A stretch of DNA of 64,000 nucleotides. It comes from Chlamydiota bacterium. GTDB taxonomy: Bacteria; Chlamydiota; Chlamydiia; Chlamydiales; Parachlamydiaceae. The DNA is taken from contig JABDGQ010000002.1 of NCBI GenBank assembly GCA_013285965.1, forward strand, positions 63,454-127,453, given 5' to 3'. Shown here one piece after another: positions 29,066 through 37,668 of this stretch (position 1 is the first letter of the stretch; every line of letters begins with the position of its first letter). The notes below the pieces were generated by a model. The model ran no database searches, was not told the origin of the DNA, and worked only from the letters and a program-made list of their open reading frames with translations. The position numbers and the translations under genes are program-made.

Positions 29066-30847
29066 CTAACGTTTGGCCTCTTTAATTAAATTTTCAATAT
29101 GGTGAAAGATTTCTTTGTAACTTTTAGATTCAAATGTCATGCAATTCATATTCTTGATTTGATTCTGTAAATTCAAAAAAAACTCTCTGGCATCATCGAT
29201 TTTATGAAAGCGAAAAGAGGTGTCAAAAATATGATTAATTAACTTAAATAACGGAATTTGCCGTTGTAATGGACAATAAGTATCTTCTGGATCAAAGGCA
29301 TTTTGCTGGAGATAACTGGCATCGTAGAGTTGTGCTTTTAAATAAATAAGCATGTCTTCTAAGGCGATTCCTTCTTCTCCCACAACTTCCATCCGTTTGC
29401 CAATTTCATTACCTTGAAATAAGTATAACGAAGCTTTGTGTACCATACTTTGCCAATCATCATCATGAGCGCTGAATTCTTTTGAAACAGCGTCAATATA
29501 TTTAGACCAAGATAACAATGGGTCGATAGCAGGATAACGGCGCGAATCAGAGCGGGCGCGCGATAAACCTAAAAAGGCTCCCACTACTGATAAAGTCGCT
29601 TGTGTAACTGGTTCTTCAAAATTACCACCCGCAGGCGAAACGGCTCCACCAATAGTAATTGAGCCGCTCTTGCCTCCTGGCAAAGAAATCACCCCGGAGC
29701 GTTCATAAAATTCAGCAATGCGCGAAGATAAATAAGCCGGAAAAGCTTCTTCGCCCGGTATTTCTTCTAAGCGGCCTGACATTTCACGCAAAGCCTGAGC
29801 CCAGCGGGAGGTGGAGTCAGCCAACACTAACACGTCCAGCCCCATTTGACGATAATATTCGGCAATGGTAATGCCCATATAAATTGATGATTCGCGTGCA
29901 GCCACAGGCATTGAAGAGGTATTGCAAATAATAACGGTGCGCTTCATCAAGGTTTCAGAAGTATGGGGGTCGATCAAATGAGGGAATTCACGCAACACTT
30001 CCACTACTTCGCCAGCGCGCTCTCCGCAGGCAATAAATACTACGATGTCTACTGATGCGTATTTTGAGAGATGATGTTGCAATACAGTTTTGCCAGCCCC
30101 AAATGGACCAGGTGTACAAAAACTTCCGCCTTTCATTAACGGGAATTGTGTATCGATAATGCGCTCGCCAGTATCCATCATTTTGGTAGGCTTAATTTTA
30201 TCGCCTTGTATTAAAGAGTTTTTAACTGGCCATTTTTGTACCATGGTCAGGGAATGTTCTACTCCGCTTTCATCGCGTACTCTGGCTACTACCGTATCGA
30301 TGGTGTAAGAGCCAGGTGTAATCATCCAACTAATGGTATAATCGCCATAAAATGAAAAAGGGAGCATGATATAGTGGTGAAAACGACCTTCTAATGTTTT
30401 CCCTAGATGGTCACCACGCTGTACCACCTCACCAACTTTAGCTAGTGGTTCAAAATCCCAATGACGTATATGATCAAGTGGCGCTAAATAAAGTCCACGC
30501 GGTAAGAAATATCCAGCTACATCAGCGATATTAACAAGTGGATTTTGTAGCCCATCAAAAATCGAAGAAAGTAAACCAGGGCCTAGTTCTGCTTCCAGCA
30601 AATCTCCTAAAAAGGTGACCGTACTATCTAATTTAATGCCGCGTGTATCTTCAAATACCTGTATTTTTGCTTCTTCTCCATTGATTTCTATTACTTCGGC
30701 TTTTAATTGTGTATCATCGACTTGGACTAATGCTAGTTCACCTTGCCGAATCATCCCATCAAAGCGAACATGTAAAAGATTACCAAAAGCTTTTACCACT
30801 TTACCATGTGCATATTTGTCTTTTTGCGTTGCATTTGTCTCTTTCAT
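29066..30847 (-). CDS. atpA: V-type ATP synthase subunit A (catalytic)
   Basis: Walker A GPFGAGKTV, the Walker B region VLVLADSTSRWAQALRE and EAFPAYLSSR. Confidence 0.95.
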   Translation of the reverse strand: MKETNATQKDKYAHGKVVKAFGNLLHVRFDGMIRQGELALVQVDDTQLKAEVIEINGEEAKIQVFEDTRGIKLDSTVTFLGDLLEAELGPGLLSSIFDGLQNPLVNIADVAGYFLPRGLYLAPLDHIRHWDFEPLAKVGEVVQRGDHLGKTLEGRFHHYIMLPFSFYGDYTISWMITPGSYTIDTVVARVRDESGVEHSLTMVQKWPVKNSLIQGDKIKPTKMMDTGERIIDTQFPLMKGGSFCTPGPFGAGKTVLQHHLSKYASVDIVVFIACGERAGEVVEVLREFPHLIDPHTSETLMKRTVIICNTSSMPVAARESSIYMGITIAEYYRQMGLDVLVLADSTSRWAQALREMSGRLEEIPGEEAFPAYLSSRIAEFYERSGVISLPGGKSGSITIGGAVSPAGGNFEEPVTQATLSVVGAFLGLSRARSDSRRYPAIDPLLSWSKYIDAVSKEFSAHDDDWQSMVHKASLYLFQGNEIGKRMEVVGEEGIALEDMLIYLKAQLYDASYLQQNAFDPEDTYCPLQRQIPLFKLINHIFDTSFRFHKIDDAREFFLNLQNQIKNMNCMTFESKSYKEIFHHIENLIKEAKR

Positions 30848-31623
30848 GATCCTTCCTTCACGATGGTTTCAATGATCTGTAATCCCTTTTGACGATTTAA
30901 TGTCACCCACTTCTCAATTACAATTAACTTTATGAGATAAGCTAAAATGCGTTCAATGGAAAAGGTGTCGGATATACTTGCAAAACTGTCAATTTTTTCT
31001 AATCGATACTCATCGATTGCTCTTTGCAAATGCAATGGATCACCGTTATACTTACTAAAAATAATTTTTAATTCTCGATATTCTTCTGGAGGCTCATACT
31101 CAGGAGCATCTTTTTGTGCTAGCAATTGCGCGATAAATTCTTCTTCTGGATTTTCGTATTGCAATTCTAAAATTAAATCAGCTTGTAATTTTTGGGCCCG
31201 AAAAGCGGTTAATATTAAACGCACTTCGCGCTCAAACTTCAAATAGGCTTTTAGAAAGGGATCGCTTAAGTTATTGCTACGAAAAAAATGGGCTAATAAA
31301 GATGGGAAATGGCGCAGTCGATCGGCATTTTTATCATATTGTTCAAGAAAATCGTGTACATAGCGTGGTAAGCCATGTCCAATAAAGGCTGCTTCTTCAA
31401 TTTCATCAGCGCTTAAAGTTCCAAATAGATCAAAAGAATCACTTAACCACAATGCACGTAAATTAATAAGATCATAATAACGACGGATTATAGCGGTTTT
31501 AGCGTAATCGTGCTTTGATAAGTTTTCATGCAGCAGCTCATCTAATTCAGCAAAGGTAATTTCGGGTGTTTCATCAAAGGAAAGTGGAGGCAGCAAAGTA
31601 ACTAAAAAATAATATTTAGACAT
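30844..31623 (-). CDS. DUF2764-like protein in the position of chlamydial CT309 (possible V-ATPase accessory or C-like subunit)
   Basis: 259-aa helical protein between atpE and atpA, overlapping atpA by 4 nt. Assigned by operon position only. Confidence 0.55.
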   Translation of the reverse strand: MSKYYFLVTLLPPLSFDETPEITFAELDELLHENLSKHDYAKTAIIRRYYDLINLRALWLSDSFDLFGTLSADEIEEAAFIGHGLPRYVHDFLEQYDKNADRLRHFPSLLAHFFRSNNLSDPFLKAYLKFEREVRLILTAFRAQKLQADLILELQYENPEEEFIAQLLAQKDAPEYEPPEEYRELKIIFSKYNGDPLHLQRAIDEYRLEKIDSFASISDTFSIERILAYLIKLIVIEKWVTLNRQKGLQIIETIVKEGS

Positions 31624-31630
31624 TAAACCC

Positions 31631-32254
31631 CTAACCGAAGATCAATGTACGAAAATCTTTGCGCAGATAACGAGCTAACAATTCTTTGATGGCCTGGTCA
31701 CTTAGATCTAAAACCATTTTTTTACCATGTAGTTTTAATTGCGCACCTCCCTGAAAATTACCTATTTCTAAAGGATGGTCTTGTAATTTTTTACGTATAT
31801 TTTCAAGTAGTAAAGCATTTACCTGCTCAGAGGAAATTAGGTTTGGAATTACAGCGCTAAAATCTGTGCCAATACCATCTTTTTCAATGGCTGCAATTAA
31901 TCCCGCAATTAAATCGGCAATAACTTTAGGATTTACTAGAATGCTTTCCAGTGAGTGTTGAAGTTCTTTAGAGAATAATTGCTGTTCGATTTGTTGCCGT
32001 AAGCCCTCTAAAGCTTGTTTTGCAGCTTGTTGTAAAGATATATGAAATACATTGCGTTCTTGTTCAATCTCTGAGCGGACCTGCTGCAATAATTTTTCTC
32101 TATCTTGCTGGGCACTATTTTGTATCTCATCAGCAAGTTTATGGGCTTTTTCAATGATTTCGGCAGCTTCTTTTTGGGCTGGCTCTAATGTCTTGTGGCG
32201 CAGTTGATCGCAAATCGTTTTTATTTTATCTTGACCCCTTTCTAATGATCGCAT
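31631..32254 (-). CDS. atpE: V-type ATP synthase subunit E
   Basis: Charged coiled-coil N-terminus (KEAAEIIEKAHKLADEIQNSAQQDREKLLQQVRSEIEQE) plus a globular C-terminus. It is the first gene of the operon. The start is set at the ATG at 32254 (208 aa). Confidence 0.7.
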   Translation of the reverse strand: MRSLERGQDKIKTICDQLRHKTLEPAQKEAAEIIEKAHKLADEIQNSAQQDREKLLQQVRSEIEQERNVFHISLQQAAKQALEGLRQQIEQQLFSKELQHSLESILVNPKVIADLIAGLIAAIEKDGIGTDFSAVIPNLISSEQVNALLLENIRKKLQDHPLEIGNFQGGAQLKLHGKKMVLDLSDQAIKELLARYLRKDFRTLIFG

Positions 32255-32347
32255 GTTTGACACCCAAAAGAATTGTAAAAAATGTTTTGTTTGGCACTCC
32301 ATTTGGCAAATAACTCTATTGCGGAACATAACATGGTATTAGCTTAG

Positions 32348-32397
32348 ATTCAAGTATTTTTCTTATTTCAAGTACTTTTTTTATTGCAAATACTTAA
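32348..32397. promoter_or_regulatory. Three direct repeats phased at 18 bp in the divergent atpE / 32581 promoter region
   Basis: attcaagtattt (32348), tttcaagtactt (32366) and attgcaaatactt (32383). The conserved C positions at 32351, 32369 and 32387 are exactly 18 nt apart. Confidence 0.4.
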
Positions 32398-32580
32398 TTG
32401 TTGAAATTCTTTTTATCTAGAGTGATAAAAAAGAAGTCTAATTACGTATGTCCCAAAAACAGTCTATTCAAGGAGTATTTATCTTGTTTTTGATAGGAAT
32501 AAATCTTTTTTTTTGTTAATAAAGATTGTCTTTACTAGTGCCGCTATACAATTCCTACTTTGGATGAGTTTGATATTTAT

Positions 32581-33447
32581 ATGATAAAACAACTTTTACC
32601 ACTAGCCTTGAGTCCGTTTTTATTATGTCACGCTCCTATTTTTTCGCAAAACACAAAGGCCGCAGAAACCAAAGCACCTTGTCAGAATAGTACTTCGCTT
32701 AAAGAAGAAATCTCTTTTGTAATGTTTACTCCTCCTAGTGGTTGGAGTATGGTGGATTTAAAATCATTACCGCTAAAATTAGAGCGTGTAAAGGTGATGG
32801 TAGTGGGCTCTGGATCAGTCAATTATGCGCCCAGATTAACTTTAAGTGTTGAGCCATATGCAAAATCACTTAAAGATTATCTGAAAATGATTAAGAAAAA
32901 AAATGCCCACTTAGGTGCTGATTGGAAAGATTTAGGGGTTCTCAAAACAGCTCTTGGAAATGCAAGTTTGTCTCAGCTAGATAGCAAAGCGCAGTGGGGT
33001 GAATTGCGTCGTATGGATGTAATTTTATTACATAATGAACAGATTTACGTTTTGACAGCAACAGCATTAAAAGATGAGTTTCATCAATTTTATCAAGAGT
33101 TTTTTAGTGCTATGCGTTCTTTAAGATTGGCAAATAATGTTTATGATGCAATTTTAGATAATCAGCTGCGTCAGCAACTTGAACTACAAGTTAAAGAATT
33201 AAAACAACAGTGGGCAGCCATAATTGCACAACAAAATAAGCCTGCAAATTTAGAGCATAAAAAGGTCCTTTTTGAAAACACTGCTTTTCAAAATCAATCG
33301 TGGAAGCCTTTTGTTGATATGCTCAACCAAAAATTCAGCCAATTTGGTTTAGAATGGCAAATGTTTTTTTTAGAAGAATTAAAAAATCAACTTATTGACG
33401 AATCTAGTGATTGTCAAACACATACAACTTTGGAGAATACAAAATGA
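32581..33447 (+). CDS. Orphan secreted protein
   Basis: ATG at 32581 gives MIKQLLPLALSPFLLCHAPIFSQ, which looks like a signal peptide. The stop overlaps the next start (ATGA at 33444-33447). Confidence 0.55.
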   Translation: MIKQLLPLALSPFLLCHAPIFSQNTKAAETKAPCQNSTSLKEEISFVMFTPPSGWSMVDLKSLPLKLERVKVMVVGSGSVNYAPRLTLSVEPYAKSLKDYLKMIKKKNAHLGADWKDLGVLKTALGNASLSQLDSKAQWGELRRMDVILLHNEQIYVLTATALKDEFHQFYQEFFSAMRSLRLANNVYDAILDNQLRQQLELQVKELKQQWAAIIAQQNKPANLEHKKVLFENTAFQNQSWKPFVDMLNQKFSQFGLEWQMFFLEELKNQLIDESSDCQTHTTLENTK

Positions 33448-33848
33448 TGTTTAAAAGAATGTTGGTTATGGCAACAATAGCTGCAATGGCCTCATTATCT
33501 ACTCAAAGCCTTGAAGCTGTTACGTATGTCACCGATACTGGCGGCTATGCTTATGACGAATCGCGTGCTGCTACCAATTTGGCACCTGCCATTGGTTTGG
33601 CTACTGTGGCAATTGTTGGTATTATTGCTATTGCCGTACAAAATTCACATGGCAGCAGTAGTTCTTCATCGCACTATGGTTACTGTCCACGCTCAAGTTA
33701 TTCATGTTATGATTATTCAGATTGTTGCAGCTCTTATAGCAGTAGCCGTGGTTGTTATTCCTATAGTAATAGATTTAGCTCATATAGTCGTAGCTGTGAT
33801 AGACATAATTCTGGACATCGCAGTTCAAGACATTGCGATTGTCGCTAA
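33444..33848 (+). CDS. Small single-pass membrane protein with a Ser/Cys/Tyr/Arg-rich tail (paralog of 34620-35024)
   Basis: GGAGA 8 nt upstream. 134 aa made of a signal peptide, the YAYDESRAA motif, a TM segment (LAPAIGLATVAIVGIIAIAV) and a low-complexity tail ending in SGHRSSRHCDCR. Confidence 0.55.
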   Translation: MMFKRMLVMATIAAMASLSTQSLEAVTYVTDTGGYAYDESRAATNLAPAIGLATVAIVGIIAIAVQNSHGSSSSSSHYGYCPRSSYSCYDYSDCCSSYSSSRGCYSYSNRFSSYSRSCDRHNSGHRSSRHCDCR

Positions 33849-33854
33849 AGTGAT

Positions 33855-33902
33855 TAGACTTCTTTTGAAAAAAGGTAAAAATGTAGTTTCGAAAGAAGTC
33901 TA
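33855..33902 (+). terminator. Family A repeat in full hairpin form, directly after the 33848 stop
   Basis: Arms tagacttcttttgaaa (33855-33870) and tttcgaaagaagtcta (33887-33902) pair over 16 bp with one mismatch. The spacer is 16 nt. Confidence 0.55.
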
Positions 33903-33955
33903 TTGAATAGCTCAGGTCTTACATTAGCCTTTTTTGTTTTTTCTTCCAGGTTATT

Positions 33956-34495
33956 ATGAAAAAGCCTCTAGTGTTGCATTTGCAATTTTTATTTTCATTA
34001 GTGGCTATAGGAGTAGCTATCTGCAGCTGCTCTAAGACAACTGTTTCGCAATGGCAGTTAGAATCCATCATTACACGCAGACCATGTTTTAACAGTGGGC
34101 GCATATTATTTGCTCCGCAGACTGATGTTCCTCATATTGAGCTTGAGATTGTGCGTAGTCAGTCTGGGATGCGCTTTTATATTAATTTGATTTTACTCTC
34201 TGCCAAGCCCTGTGATAATCACCCTGCCGTAGATTACAATGTAAATTATAAGACAGATGATTGCAAATATGCCCACGTTAATATTGTTTTTGCAAATGAG
34301 GAAAAATGGGACGTTTATCCGCGATTATTAGCTGGTTGGCAGCGTTTGTTATTAGCAGATGAGGTATCGGAAGCATTGATTAGCCGTTTATGTGCGGGGG
34401 ATTCTTTTAACATATATGTCAATGATTATCAAATAGCGATTGTGGCAGAAGATTTTGTGCAAAGCTATGAGGCCCTCTTGGCCATTCCTATTTAA
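33956..34495 (+). CDS. Orphan lipoprotein
   Basis: MKKPLVLHLQFLFSLVAIGVAICSCSK is a signal peptide with a lipobox-like VAIC. Confidence 0.6.
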   Translation: MKKPLVLHLQFLFSLVAIGVAICSCSKTTVSQWQLESIITRRPCFNSGRILFAPQTDVPHIELEIVRSQSGMRFYINLILLSAKPCDNHPAVDYNVNYKTDDCKYAHVNIVFANEEKWDVYPRLLAGWQRLLLADEVSEALISRLCAGDSFNIYVNDYQIAIVAEDFVQSYEALLAIPI

Positions 34496-34498
34496 ATT

Positions 34499-34529
34499 AC
34501 TCACCTTTCAAATTCTGCGTAAGGTGAGT
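34499..34529. repeat. Family B repeat, short palindromic form
   Basis: In actcacctt-tcaaattctgcgt-aaggtgagt, the arms ctcacctt and aaggtgag are perfect complements. It lies 4 nt after the 34495 stop. Confidence 0.7.
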
Positions 34530-34619
34530 ATTTAATTAAGTCAAGAAAATGGTTGAATTATTTTTAGTGAATACCACATAAGGAAGTCTAATCATTAAGA
34601 TACACCAAAGGGGAGCTAA

Positions 34620-35024
34620 ATGCGTGTGATGTTAACAAGACCAGTACATTTCTTTTTAATTATGACTATGACATGTACATTAGTAAATGGTAAAATTCAA
34701 GCTCAAGAAGGAGTGTCATGCTGTAGCGAAATGGCATGTGCAAATCAAGAAGAATGTGGCGATGCATATGCTGAGAATGGTCGCACTGCTCATTGGTCAG
34801 CTTACATTCCAATTACATTGATGATCGCGGCAGCCATTTTCTTTGGCTTTGCCGATAAGAAGCACGATAAATGTAGTAGTAGTGGTGATGGAAGTAAAGT
34901 TCCTTCGCGCATTTCAAATGGTTCAAGCCGATCTTGTAGCAAAGAGCGCTCTAGTGGCCATCGTTCAAGTCGTAGCTTCTGCGGTAATCAGCGTACTCAT
35001 CATCAACGTGCTCATTCTCGCTAA
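34620..35024 (+). CDS. Small single-pass membrane protein with a Ser/Arg/Cys-rich tail (paralog of 33444-33848)
   Basis: AAGGGGAG upstream. 134 aa made of a signal peptide, AYAENGRTA, a TM segment (YIPITLMIAAAIFFGF) and a tail containing SGHRSSRSFC. Confidence 0.55.
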   Translation: MRVMLTRPVHFFLIMTMTCTLVNGKIQAQEGVSCCSEMACANQEECGDAYAENGRTAHWSAYIPITLMIAAAIFFGFADKKHDKCSSSGDGSKVPSRISNGSSRSCSKERSSGHRSSRSFCGNQRTHHQRAHSR

Positions 35025-35028
35025 AAAT

Positions 35029-35062
35029 AGATAGGCAAGTCTTATAAAAAACTTGCCTGTCT
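35029..35062. terminator. Hairpin between convergent genes (bidirectional terminator candidate)
   Basis: agataggcaagt (35029-35040) pairs with acttgcctgtct (35051-35062) over 12 bp with one G-U position. The loop is 10 nt. Confidence 0.5.
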
Positions 35063-35070
35063 AGCACGTT

Positions 35071-35877
35071 TTATATGTTGTAGAATGTGAAAGCAGCTTC
35101 GCGTTGCGCAAATATATTCAATGAGTCTTTTGTAGCAGCCTTATACATGCCTGCAGCTAGTCCATCCAATTTGCTGTTAACGTTAAAGAAGCGTTCCACG
35201 AGCAGCATTGGTAGTAAGTTTTTCAATACATAGGAAATGCGCAACATGCGCTTTTCATTATTGCTATAGTCTTCTATCTTTACTTCCTTGCCTTCAAATT
35301 CGTTGTTTTTTAATATGTTAGTATGTTCTGCAAAGCACTTTGCAGATTCTATCAGGCCAATATGGATGATACGCGCGGTTAGCGAACTTAAAGCGCTTCT
35401 GGCAGCTACATGCAATATTTCTTTGTTGTTGGTGATGATGGCTATAGCTGCACCCACCAACCAACCTGAAGCTGCATCAGTCAAAAGATTTTGCAATGAT
35501 TGTAATAGCACATTTTGTGAAATAGAGTCTTTAATATTTTCAGGTAAGTTAGCGCGCAATATTTGCATTACTTGGTGAACAGCTAGGTCAACGAATTGGG
35601 CACAGTGACTATAAAATATATAATTATTACCATAATTACTGGCTGCTTTAAGTATAATTACATGCGATAAAATTTCACTAGCACCTGATATATAATTTTT
35701 ATTCTCTTCAAAAACTTGGCGCGAATAGGGTGATATTAATAACTCAAAAGCATCCATAGCAAGCTGTTGAACAACTTTTTGTAAGTGCGGTATCGCTGTC
35801 GCCAATAAGCTTAGATCTTGATTGTGATTCATGCGAACATGTGATTGATAAGTTATAATTGTATCTAATAATAGCAT
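35071..35877 (-). CDS. Orphan protein, family X (paralog of 37669-38460)
   Basis: 268 aa. It shares DAA.GWL.GA.IA....N..IL......SAL..L.AR......E..K...E...ILK and a downstream LP...V block with the 37669 product. Confidence 0.55.
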   Translation of the reverse strand: MLLLDTIITYQSHVRMNHNQDLSLLATAIPHLQKVVQQLAMDAFELLISPYSRQVFEENKNYISGASEILSHVIILKAASNYGNNYIFYSHCAQFVDLAVHQVMQILRANLPENIKDSISQNVLLQSLQNLLTDAASGWLVGAAIAIITNNKEILHVAARSALSSLTARIIHIGLIESAKCFAEHTNILKNNEFEGKEVKIEDYSNNEKRMLRISYVLKNLLPMLLVERFFNVNSKLDGLAAGMYKAATKDSLNIFAQREAAFTFYNI

Positions 35878-36035
35878 TATTGACTCCTTTTATTAAATAA
35901 TAAGTAGATTATAATTCTATAGTTTTATTTATGTTTTTGTCAATCTATATTATTATTCACTTATTTTAAAATTTTTGAGTGGTGTCCTTTTCTATATCTG
36001 TGCTATATTAGACCGTACTTCTGAGCAGGTCTTTT

Positions 36036-36959
36036 ATGTCATATTTTACTTTATCGTCAATCTTTTTTTTATATGCATGGTTCTTCCTTATGCCAATTAC
36101 AATCACCGCCTTTAATGAGCCGTTAATTGACAAAAAAACAATTCCTTACCGCACTATTATTAAGGCTTGGCGTCACGGAGAATCAGGGGCTAACAAGGCA
36201 AAAAAACTATCTGGTGGTGGCTATGATTGCCCCTTAACGGAGTTAAATGAAAATGGCCAAAAACAAGCCCAAGCTTTAGGAGAGCGACTAGTCAGTCAGG
36301 GGAAGCTTGATATTATCTATTCATCTGATTTAAGTCGCGCTGCTCATACAGCTTTAGCCGTAGTAAATGCTTATGCTAATAAAGGTGAAATAGTTAAAAT
36401 AAATTATTCCAAACAATTGCGCGAAATTTTGCACGGTGAATTTGACTTTACTGATGTGAGAGCACGCACTGAATCAGGCATAGCTCGTTTTTATGCGGCC
36501 TTAGCTAATGATGAAAAACAACTAACTGCAAATGATGAATTGTACGACAAATATCGCTTTTGGAAAATACATCCACAAGCGCTCAATGATAGTATAGTTC
36601 CTGAGCTAATTGTAGATGTGGAAGATTATATTAAAAGAGGTGAAAAACGTCCGGAAACTTCATATCAGTTATGGCATAGAATATATAAGGAGTTTATCGG
36701 CATTGCGCAAGAAAATCTAGGAAAAAACGTTGGCATATCGATGCATGGCGCTGGATTAACAACCCTTATAGAAGGATTGAAGAAAAATTCAGAGGGTCTA
36801 TATTTGCCACCTCATTTTATTACGCAAGAGATTAAAATAAACGATCAGTTAATTATGCCCGCCGCCTTTAGAGTGAATAATTGCGATGTTGTTTATTTTA
36901 TTTATGACTCAAGAGGAGATGGCACTCTGGAACTATATAATCAGCAAACCATCGATTAA
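36036..36959 (+). CDS. Histidine phosphatase superfamily (phosphoglycerate mutase-like) protein with an N-terminal hydrophobic leader
   Basis: Catalytic RHGESGAN, SSDLSRAAHTA and a distal HGAG. The N-terminus is SSIFFLYAWFFLMPITITAF. Confidence 0.75.
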   Translation: MSYFTLSSIFFLYAWFFLMPITITAFNEPLIDKKTIPYRTIIKAWRHGESGANKAKKLSGGGYDCPLTELNENGQKQAQALGERLVSQGKLDIIYSSDLSRAAHTALAVVNAYANKGEIVKINYSKQLREILHGEFDFTDVRARTESGIARFYAALANDEKQLTANDELYDKYRFWKIHPQALNDSIVPELIVDVEDYIKRGEKRPETSYQLWHRIYKEFIGIAQENLGKNVGISMHGAGLTTLIEGLKKNSEGLYLPPHFITQEIKINDQLIMPAAFRVNNCDVVYFIYDSRGDGTLELYNQQTID

Positions 36960-36962
36960 AAA

Positions 36963-37631
36963 ATGACTATTCAAGCTATCTTTTGGGATTACGACAATAC
37001 AATTTTGGCTACTGCTGAGGCGCACTGGCAAAAACATCAAAGTGTTTTAGCTCGTCAAGGTATTAAATTGCATGATAACTATCGCCACAGAGTTTACGAA
37101 AATAATGGTCAGCAAAATTGGCAATGGCTCAAAGAAGAATTGGGTTTAGTTTTTACAGAAAAAGAGTATCTGCAAGCTATTGATTTAGAATTTGGGCAAT
37201 TTTTGCAAAATTTGCAAATGCGCCCCGGCGTGGAGAAGCTTTTAAATCTTGCTGATCAGAAGAGTATACCTCAGGCTATTGTCACAAATGCGCGCAAAGC
37301 ATCAGCAAAACCGGTGCTTGATGCCAAAAACATTACAACACGCATGCAATTTATCCTTTATAAGGAAGATTATCAAGGACGCAAGCCCAATCCTTTGCCC
37401 TATCTAAGTGCTCTTGCCAAAATGGCTACCTTTTTAAAACAGCCGCTTGATCCTAAGAGATGCTTAATTATTGAAGATGATCCTAAAGGAGTTGAGTCTG
37501 CTCATAAAGCAGGTGCTATTGTAATTCAGCGCAAAATAAGTGAAAGTGCGCAGGAGAGCCCTTATGCAAACTATTGCTGCTATCATGAAGCAGATTTTAT
37601 AAAAACAGTTGAGAATTTATTGAATTGTTAG
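36963..37631 (+). CDS. HAD superfamily hydrolase (subfamily IA-like phosphatase)
   Basis: Motif I FWDYDNT (DxDxT), motif II VTNA, motif III K(P)NP and motif IV EDDPKGVESAHKAG. It starts 3 nt after the upstream stop. Confidence 0.8.
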   Translation: MTIQAIFWDYDNTILATAEAHWQKHQSVLARQGIKLHDNYRHRVYENNGQQNWQWLKEELGLVFTEKEYLQAIDLEFGQFLQNLQMRPGVEKLLNLADQKSIPQAIVTNARKASAKPVLDAKNITTRMQFILYKEDYQGRKPNPLPYLSALAKMATFLKQPLDPKRCLIIEDDPKGVESAHKAGAIVIQRKISESAQESPYANYCCYHEADFIKTVENLLNC

Positions 37632-37668
37632 AAAAACTTAAAGTTCAGATTAATAATAGGAATAGTAA

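Noticed and set aside
24519-32254. The V-type ATPase operon as a novelty.
   Set aside because: The gene order atpE, CT309-like, atpA, atpB, atpD, atpI, atpK matches what is already known for Chlamydiae. Only the embedded family A copy in the 159-nt atpI-atpK spacer is unusual, and it is covered under the repeat finding.
32292-32308. Sigma-54-like element TGGCAC-tccat-TTGGCA on the plus strand, upstream of the 32581 gene. It was attractive because a sigma-54 activator (CtcC) is encoded in the window.
   Set aside because: The GC of the -12 element is displaced by one nucleotide from the strict TGGCAC-N5-TTGC spacing, which sigma-54 promoters rarely tolerate. The site is also ~275 nt from the start codon. 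No better TGGCAC-N5-TTGC match was seen in any intergenic region. It is only worth checking with a proper position weight matrix.
33511-33906. 131-aa ORF in an alternative frame overlapping the Ser/Cys-rich tail gene.
   Set aside because: It is the same strand and a shifted frame of low-complexity DNA, runs through the terminator hairpin and has no RBS. The 33444 frame has a signal peptide, a TM segment, an SD sequence and a paralog.
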